From positions 42,222,001 through 42,286,000 of the forward strand of contig OX597828.1 in the NCBI GenBank assembly GCA_951406725.2: a stretch of DNA of 64,000 bases, in the 5' to 3' direction. Below, piece by piece: positions 1-13,330 of this stretch. The notes under the pieces were generated by a model, which saw nothing but the letters and a program-made list of their open reading frames with translations, made no database searches and was not told the DNA's origin. The DNA comes from Octopus vulgaris (Eukaryota). Position numbers and translations under genes: made by a program. Position 1 is the first letter of the stretch. Every line of letters begins with the position of its first letter.

Positions 1-87
1 TAACATCATGCCAGCCAATTTAGTTTACGTACAAGCAGTTAGTTGACAAAATCTTCCCTCTGAGAATGTGTGACACACACACACACG

Positions 88-137
<50 letters not shown>

Positions 138-161
138 GATACATACACATACATACATACA

Positions 162-169
<8 letters not shown>

Positions 170-194
<25 letters not shown>

Positions 195-460
195 GTACAT
201 ACCTACATCTATATGTATATATATATGCATATATGGGTACAGGACACCACAAAAAAAACCTAGAACACAACGAGAAACGAAAACAAAAACAAAACAATGA
301 AACGGACTTTTTTTTAACAACGAAAAAACAGAGTACAAGACAACACAAGGTACATTCCCCTTCTTCAGCTGTCCCTGTTTCGACTCATTGCGTGTTTCGC
401 AGGTAAAGGCAGAACACGACTACACGGAAACAGTCCTTCCCGCAAAGCTAATTAAATAAA
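170..460. mobile_element. Dispersed repeat unit, probably a PLE terminal-repeat fragment
   Basis: Motif CATATATGGGTACAGGACACC...GAACACAA.GAGAAACGAAAAC recurs at ~1005-1240, ~19680-19850 (opposite strand) and ~26480-26760, always next to TA/TACA tracts. Confidence 0.6.
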
Positions 461-554
461 AAAATTTTGCGTAGGGGTAAAAAAATGGTGACGTAAAAGC
501 AATACGAATAAAGAAAAAAAACAGTACAAATAAAGATAAAAACAGTAAAAGACA

Positions 555-928
555 GGATAAGGAGAAACCAACAAGTACTGTATTATCAGACGCTCAGGAA
601 AATAAGGAAAGAGGATTTAACGTTTCGAGAAAAGCTCTTCTTCAGTAATAGAGGTAAGTCCAAAGGAAGGGAAGATGGAGGAAGAAAATCACCAACGATA
701 TACAGGTGGTTACATATATTTGTCGTCACCGCGTGTGTATCGCTGGCGATTTTTTTCCCTCCGTCTTCCCTCCCTTGGATCTTTCCTTTTCCTATGTTTC
801 TGACGGAGAGTTCCGCTCGTAACGTTAAATCCTCCTTCTTTCTTTCCTTTCCTGAGCGTCCAATAACTCTATACTTGTTCCACGTCCTCGCGTCGTTGTG
901 TTTTCTCGTTGTGTTTTCATGTTTGGAT

Positions 929-935
<7 letters not shown>
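555..935. mobile_element. Inverted pair of short HHR-bearing PLE-derived elements (~555-715 minus, ~725-935 plus)
   Basis: The two halves are diverged reverse complements. Homologues at 20560-20770 and 51600-51785. Confidence 0.7.
615..649 (-). ncRNA. Minimal type I hammerhead ribozyme motif
   Basis: Minus strand reads CUGAAGA-A-GAG-CUUUU-CUC-GAAAC-GUU. Stem I is weak. Confidence 0.5.
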
Positions 936-977
<42 letters not shown>

Positions 978-1317
978 ACAAATTAATAAATAAAACATAT
1001 GCATATATACATACATATATGTACGTACCTACATCTATATGTATACATACATGCATATATGGGTACAGGACACCAAAATAAAAAACGTCGAACACAATGA
1101 GAAACGAAAACATAAACACAAAACCAAGGAAATAGACATTTTCCTTAAACAACGAAAAAAAAAAGTACAGGACATACAACACAAGGAAAATTCCCCTTCT
1201 TCAGCCGCCTCTGTTTCATCTACTCCGCGTTGCAAAGGTAATATTTGCATAGATATGTAGAGATATAGCCTTAGTGTATATCTATAGATTGTAGACACCA
1301 GTGTCAGAGCAGGTGGT

Positions 1318-1375
<58 letters not shown>

Positions 1376-2019
1376 GGTGGTGGTGGTAGTAGTAGTACCA
1401 GCAGCAGCAGTGTTAGTAGTAATAGTAGTAGTAGAAATAGCAGCAGCATCAGTAGCAGCAGAAGTGGTGCTTTTGGTAGAGTTTATGAATGTCTCAACAT
1501 TAATTTTCACCCTCTCCCCCACTCCCATCACCATTTGTTTCTGATTTTCCATAATTTCCTTTTTTTTGTTGTTGTTCTTTTTTTTTTTGTCTGTTTGTCT
1601 CTTTTTTTTTGGATTTTTCCTCTGTCGTTCGTTTACTCGATATAATTACAGTCATTCTCGCCCAGCAGAATTGTAATTATTAATGACGTTGGAGTTGTTG
1701 TTATTGCTGCTGCTGCTGCTGCTGCTGCTGTTGTTGTTGCTGTAGCCAATTGTTGTCTTACTTCGCAATGTTGTTGTAATTATCCACGTGTCAACTGCTC
1801 ACTACAGCTGACCCCTGGGTCACACTGCTGTCAATCTCCGAACTTCTATCAAACATATCAACTAGCCATATTATTCAGTTGTGCTAACCAGACACCCTGT
1901 TTTCTCTCCACCACTACCCCCAAATAGCACCGCCACCCCACTCTAAAGTTCCTCTACCTCCCCCCCCCCCCCTATTTTCATTTCTTTTCCTTTTCCTTTC
2001 TTTCTTTCTTTTGTCTTTC

Positions 2020-2485
2020 ATCATCATTATCACCACCAACACCGTTTGCTCTAACATCATCACCAACCCCTTCGTCACCGTCACAACCACCAACACCACC
2101 GCCACCACCATCACCACCACCACTACCACCACCACAACCACTACAACCATCCCACCCCACCACCACCACCAGTAGCATCATCATCACCACCACAACCACC
2201 ACCACCAGTAGCATCATCATCCCCACCACAACCACCAATAGCATCATCATCACCACCATCACCAGCACCACCACCAACACCACCAGCACCAGCACCAGCA
2301 CCACCACCACAACTACCACAACCACCACCACTACCACATCACCACCACTACCAATAACAACAACAACAGCAACAACATCACAACTACCACAACCGCCACC
2401 ACAACCGCCACCACCACCACCACAACCGCCACCACCACCACCACCACCACCACCACAACAACAACAACAACAACAACAACAACAG
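2020..2485. repeat. (CAC/CAA/CAT)n compound trinucleotide tract
   Basis: Directly visible. Confidence 0.95.
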
Positions 2486-2665
2486 TCGTCTTCCGCCTCT
2501 GCTTCATTCAAACACACCAAATTATATCTAATCAAAAACTAGGTTTTATATTTCGTCACCAGTTGACACGAACTCATGACCTCGCTGCCCCCAGCTAATG
2601 TCTGTCTGCCTATGATGGAGACATTTTCTTTTTTTCAAGTTTAACTTCACTTATTATTATCATCA

Positions 2666-2729
<64 letters not shown>

Positions 2730-3230
2730 CATGGGGTGGGTGGGTGGGGACGCATGATAATTTGTCTCGGCGAGAACACGTGTGACTCATATAAAGTCAG
2801 ATGTGATTTCACTGAGGCTTCGATGACATTAAACGAATTGAGATGAATCGTGGATAGCCGAAGAAATGGAGAGAGACGCACTGAGAGTTCGAGATCTGCT
2901 TGGAGCCTTTGACAACAAGCCTGCTAACAAGTTAGCTTCGTGCTTCCTTACACCCTCAATGAAATTTATTAACGATGGTGATGATGATGATGACGACGAC
3001 AACGACAACGACGACGATGGTCATGATGATGATGACAACGACGACGACGATTGTCATGATGATCATGATCATGATCGTCATCATCATCATCATCGTCATC
3101 ATCATCTTCGTCGTCGTCATCGTCGTCATCATCATCATCATTGTCAAGACTGTCACCACTATCATCGACTGGCTTCCTGCAGGAAAATTTTTTGCAACAG
3201 GCCACCTGCCTGTTGTAGAAAGGATTATTA

Positions 3231-3288
<58 letters not shown>

Positions 3289-3299
3289 CATCATCAACT

Positions 3300-3920
3300 A
3301 GCCGCAATTTTCCGGAGAATTTCGGCCGGGGATGGATGGATAATTTCCAAAAATCTCTGGCCTGACAGTGCTACCGGGGAGCTTTGCATGTTCGAGATAA
3401 ACTTTACAGGCACAGAAGTGCCATCAGCCGAGCATGTCCGAGATGAGCGTAGGATGACGAGACGGTCCTGCATGCACTCGTCCAGTTTATGTCGAACACC
3501 TGCTGTCGCGTGTGGAACAGATCCGGCTGTCAACTGAATCTATCGTGAAGATCGCCTCGTCCTTTAACCGGGAAGGAAAGACTGTGTTTATATGCCTGGT
3601 GGGCATGGCGAAAAATGTATCGTGGACGAGATTGGAGGGGCTGAAGACAAACACTTTTCCCTTTGGTCAATCCCTGATGAACTTCTTCAAGTTTCTCTTG
3701 AAAGGAAAATAAGGGAAGAGAGAGAAGTGTCGTCTTCTAGCCACTTTGCTGAAAGGTGGATGAAAGGGACGAGAACGGGGCTGCTACGAGGATACGCCTG
3801 TAGTTGAAAAAAAAAGAGAAAAAAGAAAAGGTAAAGGAAAAAGGCACCTGCCCCAGAAGCCGAAGAAACCCATGGATGCAGTGTTGATTGGATTCCCTGC
3901 TGAATGGCCTCTGATGTTAA
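3300..3920 (+). mobile_element. L1/Tx1-clade LINE ORF2 C-terminal remnant with start of 3' UTR
   Basis: Translates A*QCYRGALHVRDKLYRHRSAISRACPR*A*DDETVLHALVQ (zf-RVT-like Cys/His motif), then GLKTNTFPFGQSLMNFFKFLLK/KIREEREV..FAERW, with stops and frameshifts. Homologous to 49965-50147. Confidence 0.8.
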
Positions 3921-3922
3921 TA

Positions 3923-4290
3923 GGCGCAGGCGTGGCTGTGTTGTAAGACGTTTGCTTCCCAACCGCATTGTTCCATGTTCAGTCGCATTGCACGGCATCA
4001 TGGGTAAGTGTCTTCTACTGTATAGCTTCGGACCGAACAAAGTCTTGTGGGTTGATTTGGTCGATGAAAACTGAAAGAAGCCCGTCGTGTGTATGTGTGT
4101 GTGTGTATTTGAGTTTGTGTTTGTCCCTCATCCACTGCTTGACAACCGGTGCTGATGTGTTTATGTCCCTGCAAAGGAGACCGATAGAATAAGTACCACT
4201 AGTTTCAAAATAAGTCCTGGGGTCAATTCATTTCACTAAATATCTTCGAGGCGGACGCAATGTAATGACTGAGAGAAGTAGAAAAGAAAA
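3923..4290 (+). mobile_element. tRNA-derived SINE family A (CORE-like, internal TA/TG microsatellite)
   Basis: GGCGCAGGCGTGGCTGTG head, degenerate CCTTGGGCAAGT core, more than 10 copies in window. Confidence 0.85.
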
Positions 4291-4755
4291 AGGAGTACCT
4301 CCATTCTCTAAAGCCGCTGGATCTGATGTGAATAAAAACAGGTTAGCTTCTTGTTTCTCCGGAATTGGTCAAGTGACGATGACATCTCTGATGAGACCTC
4401 AACAAAACTCGAAAACCGATTAATGCTGTTCCACACTTCTCAATCTACGGAGAAATAAGTAGCAGACCAAGTTTGGGTGAGGTCATTCTTTTATATTTCC
4501 ACATTATGCTTATGAATTCAATATAAATGGATTTAACATATTCTACTTCATTGAGCATTTGGAGAAACTTTGCACGAAAATACAAAATATTTTTTAGTAT
4601 TAAAGCTACAATCTTTAGTGTATCATTTCGTAGTTTTAAACTTGAAATTTTCAAGCATTTGGTGTATGATTTTTATTCACAAATAGGTTTAATTTCACAT
4701 TACTAAACTTCACATCGGTATATACACCGATATTTAAACAATATTAAATTCAAAA

Positions 4756-4985
4756 GGCGGCGACCTGGCAGAACCGTTAGCACACCGGGCGAAATGCGTA
4801 GCCGTATTTCGTCTGCCGTTACGTTCTGAGTTCAAATTCCGCCGAGGTTGACTTTGCTTTTCATCCTTTCGGGGTCGATTAAATAAGTACCAGTTACGCA
4901 CTGGGGTCGATGTAATCGACTTAATTCGTTTGTCTGTCCTTGTTTGTCCCCTCTATGTTTAGCCCCTTGTGGGTAATAAAGAAAC
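4756..4985 (+). mobile_element. tRNA-derived SINE family B (Meta-domain-like)
   Basis: GGCGGCGAcCTGGCAGAA head, CTTTCATCCTTTCGGGGTCGAT..AAGTACCAG body, flanked by target-site duplication (TSD) AATATTAAATTCAAA. Confidence 0.9.
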
Positions 4986-5376
4986 AAATATTAAATTCAA
5001 ACAAAGCTTCCTTGTTCCTGCTCACGTTTTCTACATGTAACCTCTCTCGAATTTATCAATAGCTAACGCAAAAAAAGGAAAAAATCGCTTCATTCAAGGA
5101 GTACTAGATAAGAAAATCTGATAGGAAACCGCTAGTAATCAACACAAGTATGCTATAGAGATTTCCGCCAAAAAGTAAAATATTGATAATAGAAGACATA
5201 CTCAGAGCATACTCATAATACAAACTAATCCTAAGCTGTATGGTACGAAGATTGCTTCTCAACCACATGGTTCCGGGTTCAGTCCCACTGCGTGGTACAT
5301 TGGGCAAGTGCCTTCTACTATAGTCACGGGCCGACCAAAGCCTTGTGAGTGGATTTGGTAGATGGAAAGAAGCCCG

Positions 5377-5419
<43 letters not shown>

Positions 5420-5505
5420 AGAGTTTACGAAAAAAACAAAAGACGAAGATGGGTGGTGTACAAATCAAACAGATGTATTAGTATAACGCTCAGGAAGAGA
5501 AAAAG

Positions 5506-5543
5506 TCTTTTACGTTTCGAGCCTACGCTCTTCTACAGAAAGG
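5506..5543 (-). ncRNA. Minimal HHR motif with CUGUAGA (A6U) core, in short element ~5418-5575
   Basis: Minus strand CUUU-CUGUAGA-A-GAGC-GUAG-GCUC-GAAAC-GUA-AAAG. Stems I and II pair. Confidence 0.6.
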
Positions 5544-5572
5544 GACACAGAAAAAAACAAGAACAGAAAAAA

Positions 5573-5609
<37 letters not shown>

Positions 5610-5688
5610 AAATGAAAGAATGGAGTCGAACGACGATTTAACAAAATGCCTTTATTCTCGACATACTAGGATAATTCACTCAACTACT

Positions 5689-5715
<27 letters not shown>

Positions 5716-5719
<4 letters not shown>

Positions 5720-5880
5720 TATTTACATTTTGACGGATATTTGTCCTCATCATATTTGTTGTTAACACAACGTTTCGGCTGATATACCCTCCAGCCTTCA
5801 TCAGGTGTCTTGGGGAAATTTCGAACCTGAGTTCTCATTCCTAAGCTATTTTCGATTTGTTGTTGTTGTTATTATTATTA

Positions 5881-5911
<31 letters not shown>

Positions 5912-6176
5912 GGAATCGATCTCGGAATCTTGGGGTTAGTAGCCCGCACTCTTAACCACCACGCTAAAATTGTCTGTGAGCAATTATGGAATGAATTTTA
6001 GGTCTTATAAATCTAATATTCTCCTATCCTTCCTTAATACCGGTTCCCATTTGCTATTCATATCTCCACTCGGTCTGCTTAGGATGTTGTGTGTCCAAGC
6101 ATATGTGCTGCTACTTTTAGTTCTCGTATCTTCCAGTGGTGTTCTCTGTCTATTATTTTAACTTCAACCCACAGAG
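5716..6176 (-). mobile_element. Penelope-like element 3' fragment (GIY-YIG C-terminus, tRNA-like module, HHR)
   Basis: Minus strand translates LWVEVKIIDREHHWKIRELKVAAHMLGH/NILSRPSGDMNSKWEPVLRK, which matches the PLE endonuclease C-terminal pattern. Confidence 0.75.
5764..5809 (-). ncRNA. Type I hammerhead ribozyme, canonical core
   Basis: GACAC-CUGAUGA-A-GGCUG-(10 nt)-CAGCC-GAAAC-GUU-GUGUU. Stem I 5 bp, stem II 5 bp, palindromic ACGU stem III. Confidence 0.8.
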
Positions 6177-6760
6177 ATGTATATATGTATATATATGTTT
6201 GTGTATCTATATTTGTCACCCCACCATCGCTTGACAACACATGTTGGTGTGTTTATGTCCCCGTAACTTAGCGGTTCAGCAAAAGAGACCGATAGAGTAA
6301 GTGCTAGCCTTACAAAGAATAGGTCCTAGGATCACTTTGTTCGACTAAAAGGCATCTGACTCCAGCATGGCCCTAGTCAAATGACTAAAACAAATAAAAG
6401 AATAAACAACGATCGTTTTTACCCTGCTTATTATAACACGCAAACATCACTTCATCCCGAAGGTGAGAACATGAAAATAAAAGGAAACTAAATGGTGGAT
6501 TTAGTATCTTAAATGTACCAAACATATTGAAAGCGACTAATAAAACAAAAATAAATAATAAAACTGATAAAAGGAGAAAATAAGATTAAAATCAGTTCAT
6601 GGTCGTATTTTGAATATATGTCTAAAACGAAAGTGCCTAGATGTGTATAAGACAAGATATATAGTTTGTTTCCTTGTGAGTATGTGTATATGAATATGCA
6701 TACATACATGCACAAACACGCACGTGCGTGCGCGCGCACATACACATATATCCATACTTA

Positions 6761-6802
<42 letters not shown>

Positions 6803-6969
6803 GCATACACACACTTATTTAGATATATATAAACACACACGTATGTAAATATGTGTGTACACGTATATATATGTGTGTGCATGCGTGTGCATAAATACAG
6901 ACACATAGATATATATAAATACACGGACACACACATACACATATATATGTATGTATGCATATATATAAG

Positions 6970-7026
<57 letters not shown>

Positions 7027-7328
7027 GTGTATATGTGTGTATATATTTATGTGTATACCTGTGCAGTAGAAGGGCGTGGGTGGGTGCCCGAGTCACGTTT
7101 GACTCTGATGACCTTTAGAAGGTCAACAGGAAGGTTGTTGATAAAAGATTAAATATATGCAGCAGTAACAATGTCAAAAGTCACATCCACCCACCTTCTG
7201 GAAACGCCACCGCCGCCACCGCCACCACCACCACCACCACCACCACCACCACCACCACCACCACTACCATCACCACTACCACCACCACCACCACCATCAC
7301 GATCACGCTACGATCACTCCGGCTGCCG

Positions 7329-7377
<49 letters not shown>

Positions 7378-7380
7378 CAG

Positions 7381-7459
<79 letters not shown>

Positions 7460-8099
7460 ATACAGGCTACACGACTACAACCATTGTATCTTATTGCTGC
7501 AACTTCTGTCTCGCTGACTGCAAACTTTTTGCACAAGGCCAGAAATTTGAGGGGATAGGTATGGAGATTAACAATTACATCGAAACCCCACCACCACCAC
7601 CACCACCACCACCACCTCCACCCTCAGAATACAACTGGTACTTATTTTTATCGACTGCAAAAGGAAAGGATGGCGTAAAAATGTGTCACGAGGTATCAAA
7701 ACAATTTCAGTTGAAGAAACAGAACAATGAAAGATTGCAATATATCTTGCAATCAACAGACACAGTGGTTCAATCCCAGTCAAAATCAACTTCATCAAGC
7801 CCCCCCCCCTCCCCCACTATTGGAACTCCATAGCAAAATCCATCCCAGGACTGAAATTATATTTTAAGCATCCATTGAAAATAGGCGCAGCTTCTTTCAT
7901 TTATTTATTTAGTTGTTTGTTTGTTTGTTTGTTTGTTTAATTTTGTTTTTTGTTGTTTACTTTTTCTTTTCTTTTTTTTTTTTTTTTTCAAATCCTTTCC
8001 TTCCAACATTCATACATCGAAATCGACGGGTGTCGCCATCATTTGGGCCTTGTATCAAAACTTGAAATCATCATCACCGCCACCACCACCACCACCATG

Positions 8100-8191
8100 G
8101 TCATCATCATAGTCGTCGTCATCATCATCGTCGTCGTCATCGTCATCATCGTCATCGTCATCATCATCATCGTCGTCGTCGTCGTCGTCGA

Positions 8192-8231
<40 letters not shown>

Positions 8232-8250
8232 GTCGTCGTCGTCGTCGTCG

Positions 8251-8282
<32 letters not shown>

Positions 8283-8388
8283 GTCATCGTCATCATCATC
8301 ATCGTCGTCGTCGTCGTCATCGTCATCATCATCATAATCATCATCATCCTCATCATCATCATCATCATCGTCATCGTCATCATCATCG

Positions 8389-8427
<39 letters not shown>

Positions 8428-8466
8428 ACATCATCATCATCACCATCATCATCGTCGTCATCGTCG

Positions 8467-8513
<47 letters not shown>

Positions 8514-8598
8514 GTCGTCGTCGTCGTCATCGTCATCATCATCATAATCATCATCATCCTCATCATCATCATCATCATCGTCATCGTCATCATCATCG

Positions 8599-8636
<38 letters not shown>

Positions 8637-8820
8637 GTCATCATCATCATCATCATCGTCGTCATCATCATCATCATCATCGTCATCGTTATCATCATCG
8701 TCATCATCATCATCATCATCGTCGCCGTCGTTGTCGTCATCGCCATCATCATCATCATCGTCATCATCATCGTCATCGTCATCGTCATCGTCATCATCAT
8801 CATGGTCGTCATCGTCATCA

Positions 8821-8906
<86 letters not shown>

Positions 8907-8950
8907 GTCATCGTCATCATCGTCATCATCATCATTATTGTCGTCGTCCA
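8100..8950. repeat. ~850-bp (CAT/CGT)n tract with internal ~210-bp duplication
   Basis: Variant block ...CATAATCATCATCATCCTC... occurs at ~8333 and ~8543. Confidence 0.9.
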
Positions 8951-9179
8951 GTGATTTAAATACGGGTTTTGTCCCCGTTAACAGGTGTGAGCGGATCTAC
9001 TTCGATGCCATAGCAACCAAGGTACGCAGGTACAGCCCACCGCAACCTTTGGGCGGGCTGGCTGGTGCCCATTCTCCTTTGCTTTCATGAGGCTATAATA
9101 AGTACAATTTAAGCCCTGGGAGAGGGGTCCATGTAACCGACTTACCTCCTGCACCAAAATTGCTCACTTTGTCCTAATA

Positions 9180-9333
<154 letters not shown>

Positions 9334-9356
9334 TATTATTATTATCATCATCATCA

Positions 9357-9426
<70 letters not shown>

Positions 9427-9427
9427 C

Positions 9428-9640
9428 AGGTGGCGAGCTGGCAGAATCGTTAGCACGCTGGACGAAATGCTTAGCGGTATTTCGCTCGTCGCTTCCACCG
9501 AGGTCGACTTTATCTTTCATCCTTTCAGAGTCGATAAAATAAGTATCAGTTTTGGGACTGGGGGAAGGGGAGGGGGGTCAATGCAATCAACTTGCACTCC
9601 CACCCCTAAAAACTGATGGCCTCCACCCAAAAATCTGAAA
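9428..9640 (+). mobile_element. SINE family B, diverged
   Basis: GGTGGCGAGCTGGCAGAATCGTTAGCAC head and Meta-like body. Confidence 0.8.
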
Positions 9641-10270
9641 TGATGATTTGACGTCCACTAGCAATGTCACACCAACTGCTGAAGCCATATTATTACTATC
9701 GGCTATACCATCGGAACCATCGATCGAACGAGACACAATCGCACGCGTCACCTCAAACTACAGCATCACTACTGAAGCCACCAGCACCAGCCATCACCAT
9801 GTCCACCTTCACCACCACCACCAACAACAACCAACCAGTCAACCAACCAACCAACCAACCAACCAACCAACAAGAAACCCCACCAACATCTTTCCTCAAC
9901 CTCCCCACCTCCCCTACACCATCGTTACAACCCCGCCAACACCATGTAAATCTGAGTCTTCCACCCCCGCCCTCTGCAAAAGAAAAACGAAGCATATTTT
10001 GAAACAGAAAATTACAGGAAAACATGACAAGTTAGAAGATGCCAAATGTCTAATTGTGTCTTTCATTGCTTCCTGTGTTTAACAGAATGGCGAGAAATTG
10101 GTCTTCGTGTCTTCCTTAGTAAGTCGTTCGGTGGAATCTGAGATGTTAATGCGGTGGCAACGGGGGCGTACGGGGGAGTGGCGTGACTGGAGGATTTTAG
10201 AGTTGGGTCTTCACGACCGGACACGCTCTGGGAGGAAGTATACATATAATCATGCATGTATGTATGTATG

Positions 10271-10304
<34 letters not shown>

Positions 10305-10695
10305 TGTATGTATGTATGTATGTATGTGTATGTCTATAAATATGTATCCTAACACGCACACGCGCGCGTATATATATATATGATTAAAATAACCAACAGG
10401 ATAGCAAGTAGTAATGCAGTACGACCGTTTCAAGCGATTCCATTTAATTGAACAATCCAATCATTACATCAACTTAAATGTAGTGCCATCCTCAGATGCA
10501 CAAATAAATAAATGGAATTTTAACAAGTAGGACATATATATACTTATATATTATTTTATATACGTACGCATATGCGTATATATAAATATTTATACATTCA
10601 CTTATATATATATATATAAATGCATATACTTGTTCATATACGCATATATATGTATGTGTACGTGCGTGTGTATTTATGTATGTATGTATATATAA

Positions 10696-10858
<163 letters not shown>

Positions 10859-10861
10859 TAT

Positions 10862-11353
10862 ATATAAAAGTGAAGTTGTGTGAGTGTCTGTCTCCTACGA
10901 TTTAGATTCCTAACTATCCCACATTTTGCGGTGCAGTTTAACCAAACCGGATATCTTATATATTCATATCGAGCCCGTCTGGGTATTAGCGCGCGTCTAC
11001 GATGAGTCTACGATTTTAAAAATAATTTAACATCATTTTTTTCCATTTTAACGCATATTTTTTTCGTGTGTCGATGGCGGCGGAGTTGGCGTCCATGCTC
11101 ACACATGCACCTGTGTTGCTTCTCCCCTCCCTCGTGAAGCTGTGGGGAAGGGAGTGTAAGGAAATCAACGTCGTAAAGCGTTGTCAAGGAGACCAGCGTT
11201 CTTTTAGAACAACGACTTCATGGCTTGAAGTCGCCAAAACAGAAATCGCTAAAAAAGCTGAAACAGATCCACAAAAACGGTAAAAACCGCCACACAAGGC
11301 AGGTTTCCTGTGCAAATAATTTGCACAACCGAATGTTTTAGTTGTTGCACAAA
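10862..11353 (+). mobile_element. Helitron 5' segment plus distinct internal sequence, tandem to the next copy
   Basis: First ~200 bp match 11354-11550, then diverge. No own 3' CTAG end. Confidence 0.65.
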
Positions 11354-11749
11354 TCTTTATATATAAAAGTGAAGTTGTGTGTCTGTCTCCTACGATTTAG
11401 ATTCCTAACTACTCCCACATTTTGCGGTGCAGTTTAACCAAAACCGGGTATCTTATAGTCGTGATTCATATCCAGCCCTTCTGGGTATTAGCGCGCGTCT
11501 ACGATGAGTCTACGATTTAAAAAAATTTACCATCATTTTTTTCCATTTTAATGCATTTTTTCGCTATTATATAAGGGAAGTAACTCTCTAAAAATGTCTA
11601 CGATGAGTCAACGATTAAAAAAAAAATTACCATCATTTTTTATTCCATTTTTAATGCATTTTTTTGCTATTTTTTTGCTATAACTCACTAAAAATGCTTA
11701 TATAGTTATTTCCCTTACAAACCCGAGCAACGCCGGGCGATACTGCTAG
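11354..11749 (+). mobile_element. Non-autonomous Helitron
   Basis: 5' TC start, 3' hairpin CCCGAGCAACGCCGGG then CTAG, inserted between A and T, no TSD. Confidence 0.85.
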
Positions 11750-11770
11750 TAATATATATAACTTCTAAAA

Positions 11771-12060
11771 TTGAGGGCCCAGACAAATGAAGATAAAGTA
11801 AAACCCATCTATGAAGCGATCAACCAAGAAATTAGCAAAATTACCCAAGGCCCCGATCAAGAGAAGATTTCGAAAGTATGGAAAGTGGATGGTGATAAAG
11901 AAGAACTGAAATCTCTCCAACGCTGGGAGAAAAGTGCCTCTTGTTTCTCAAACTATGAAACCATCTTTCAAACAGAGCACACTTCCAACAACGCTTTCCT
12001 GAAAATAAGAAAATCAAAACAACACTCAAACACTGATTCACACCTGTCCAAAAATTATTC
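11771..12060 (+). pseudogene. Open coding-like fragment, probably from a retroelement ORF (PLE N-terminal-like)
   Basis: ~97 codons of non-repetitive open frame (INQEISK..KVWKVDGDKEELKSLQRWEK). Family assignment is from recollection only. Confidence 0.35.
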
Positions 12061-12392
12061 AATCGGTACTTATTCAATCTTTTGCCGAACCGCTAAGTTA
12101 CGGGGACGTAAACACACTATCGTCGTTACGGGGACAAAACACAGCAACAATTTTCAAGTGATTGTGGTAGTGGTGGGGGGAATACATACTGACGCACAAA
12201 CACACGCGCGCGCACACACACACACATACGATGGGCTTCTTTCAGTTTCCGTCGACCGAATTAACTCACAAGGCTTTGGTCGGCCCGAGGCCATAGTTGA
12301 AAACAATTGTCCAAAGTCGGGTGCAGTGGTACTGAACCCGGAACCATGTGGTTGGGAAGCAATCTTCTTACCACACAGCCACTCCTGCACCT
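12060..12392 (-). mobile_element. SINE family A
   Basis: Reverse complement of the family consensus. Confidence 0.8.
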
Positions 12393-12394
12393 AT

Positions 12395-12932
<538 letters not shown>

Positions 12933-12945
12933 CACATATATACAT

Positions 12946-13012
<67 letters not shown>

Positions 13013-13199
13013 TTTACTTGTATGTATGAAATCCAAGTTATAGATTCATAGTGACATAAAATTGGCATGACGTATAGGCCATAAAAGTGAATGCTATTTA
13101 CACGATTTTGTAGAATCTCTCAAGAGAATCCTGCCATATTAATGAAGCAAGGACACATTATCCAAGAGGACGTTAAAAATAAATTTTAAAAAAAAACAC

Positions 13200-13330
13200 T
13201 GTTAGATCATAGAGGTTGCAATAACATATTATAAAAGATTGGATCCAGAAGAAACTGAGAAATTGAGAAATGTCCTGAACTAATCATGGATTGTGGAAGA
13301 TTAAGGTGACTAGGTAAGACCAGAGCAAAT
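13200..13330 (+). pseudogene. Highly decayed RLE-type LINE endonuclease remnant
   Basis: IIEVAITYYKRLDPEETEKL resembles the IIDVAxPxD...KExEK motif. Confidence 0.3.

Larger units (their letters stand above)
5235..6405 (+). mobile_element. SINE family A split by nested insertions in its internal (TA)n (head 5235-5378, tail ~6190-6405)
   Basis: Head and tail are colinear with the intact copy at 14663-15060. Confidence 0.75.

Noticed and set aside
355-410. GAAAC...CUGAAGA arrangement on the minus strand (also ~1195-1235 and ~26660-26735) as a type I or II hammerhead
   Set aside because: I could not pair stems I and II convincingly in any copy.
796-830. Plus-strand HHR copy
   Set aside because: The core has decayed (CUGACGG, and GUAA for GAAA). 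Counted only as a family remnant.
2866-3537. 223-aa ORF as a host gene
   Set aside because: It is a chimera of trinucleotide repeats and an off-frame reading of a LINE remnant.
4385-4420. CTGATGA...GAAA motif
   Set aside because: Stem II is only 2 bp and there is no stem I or NUH geometry. Likely chance.
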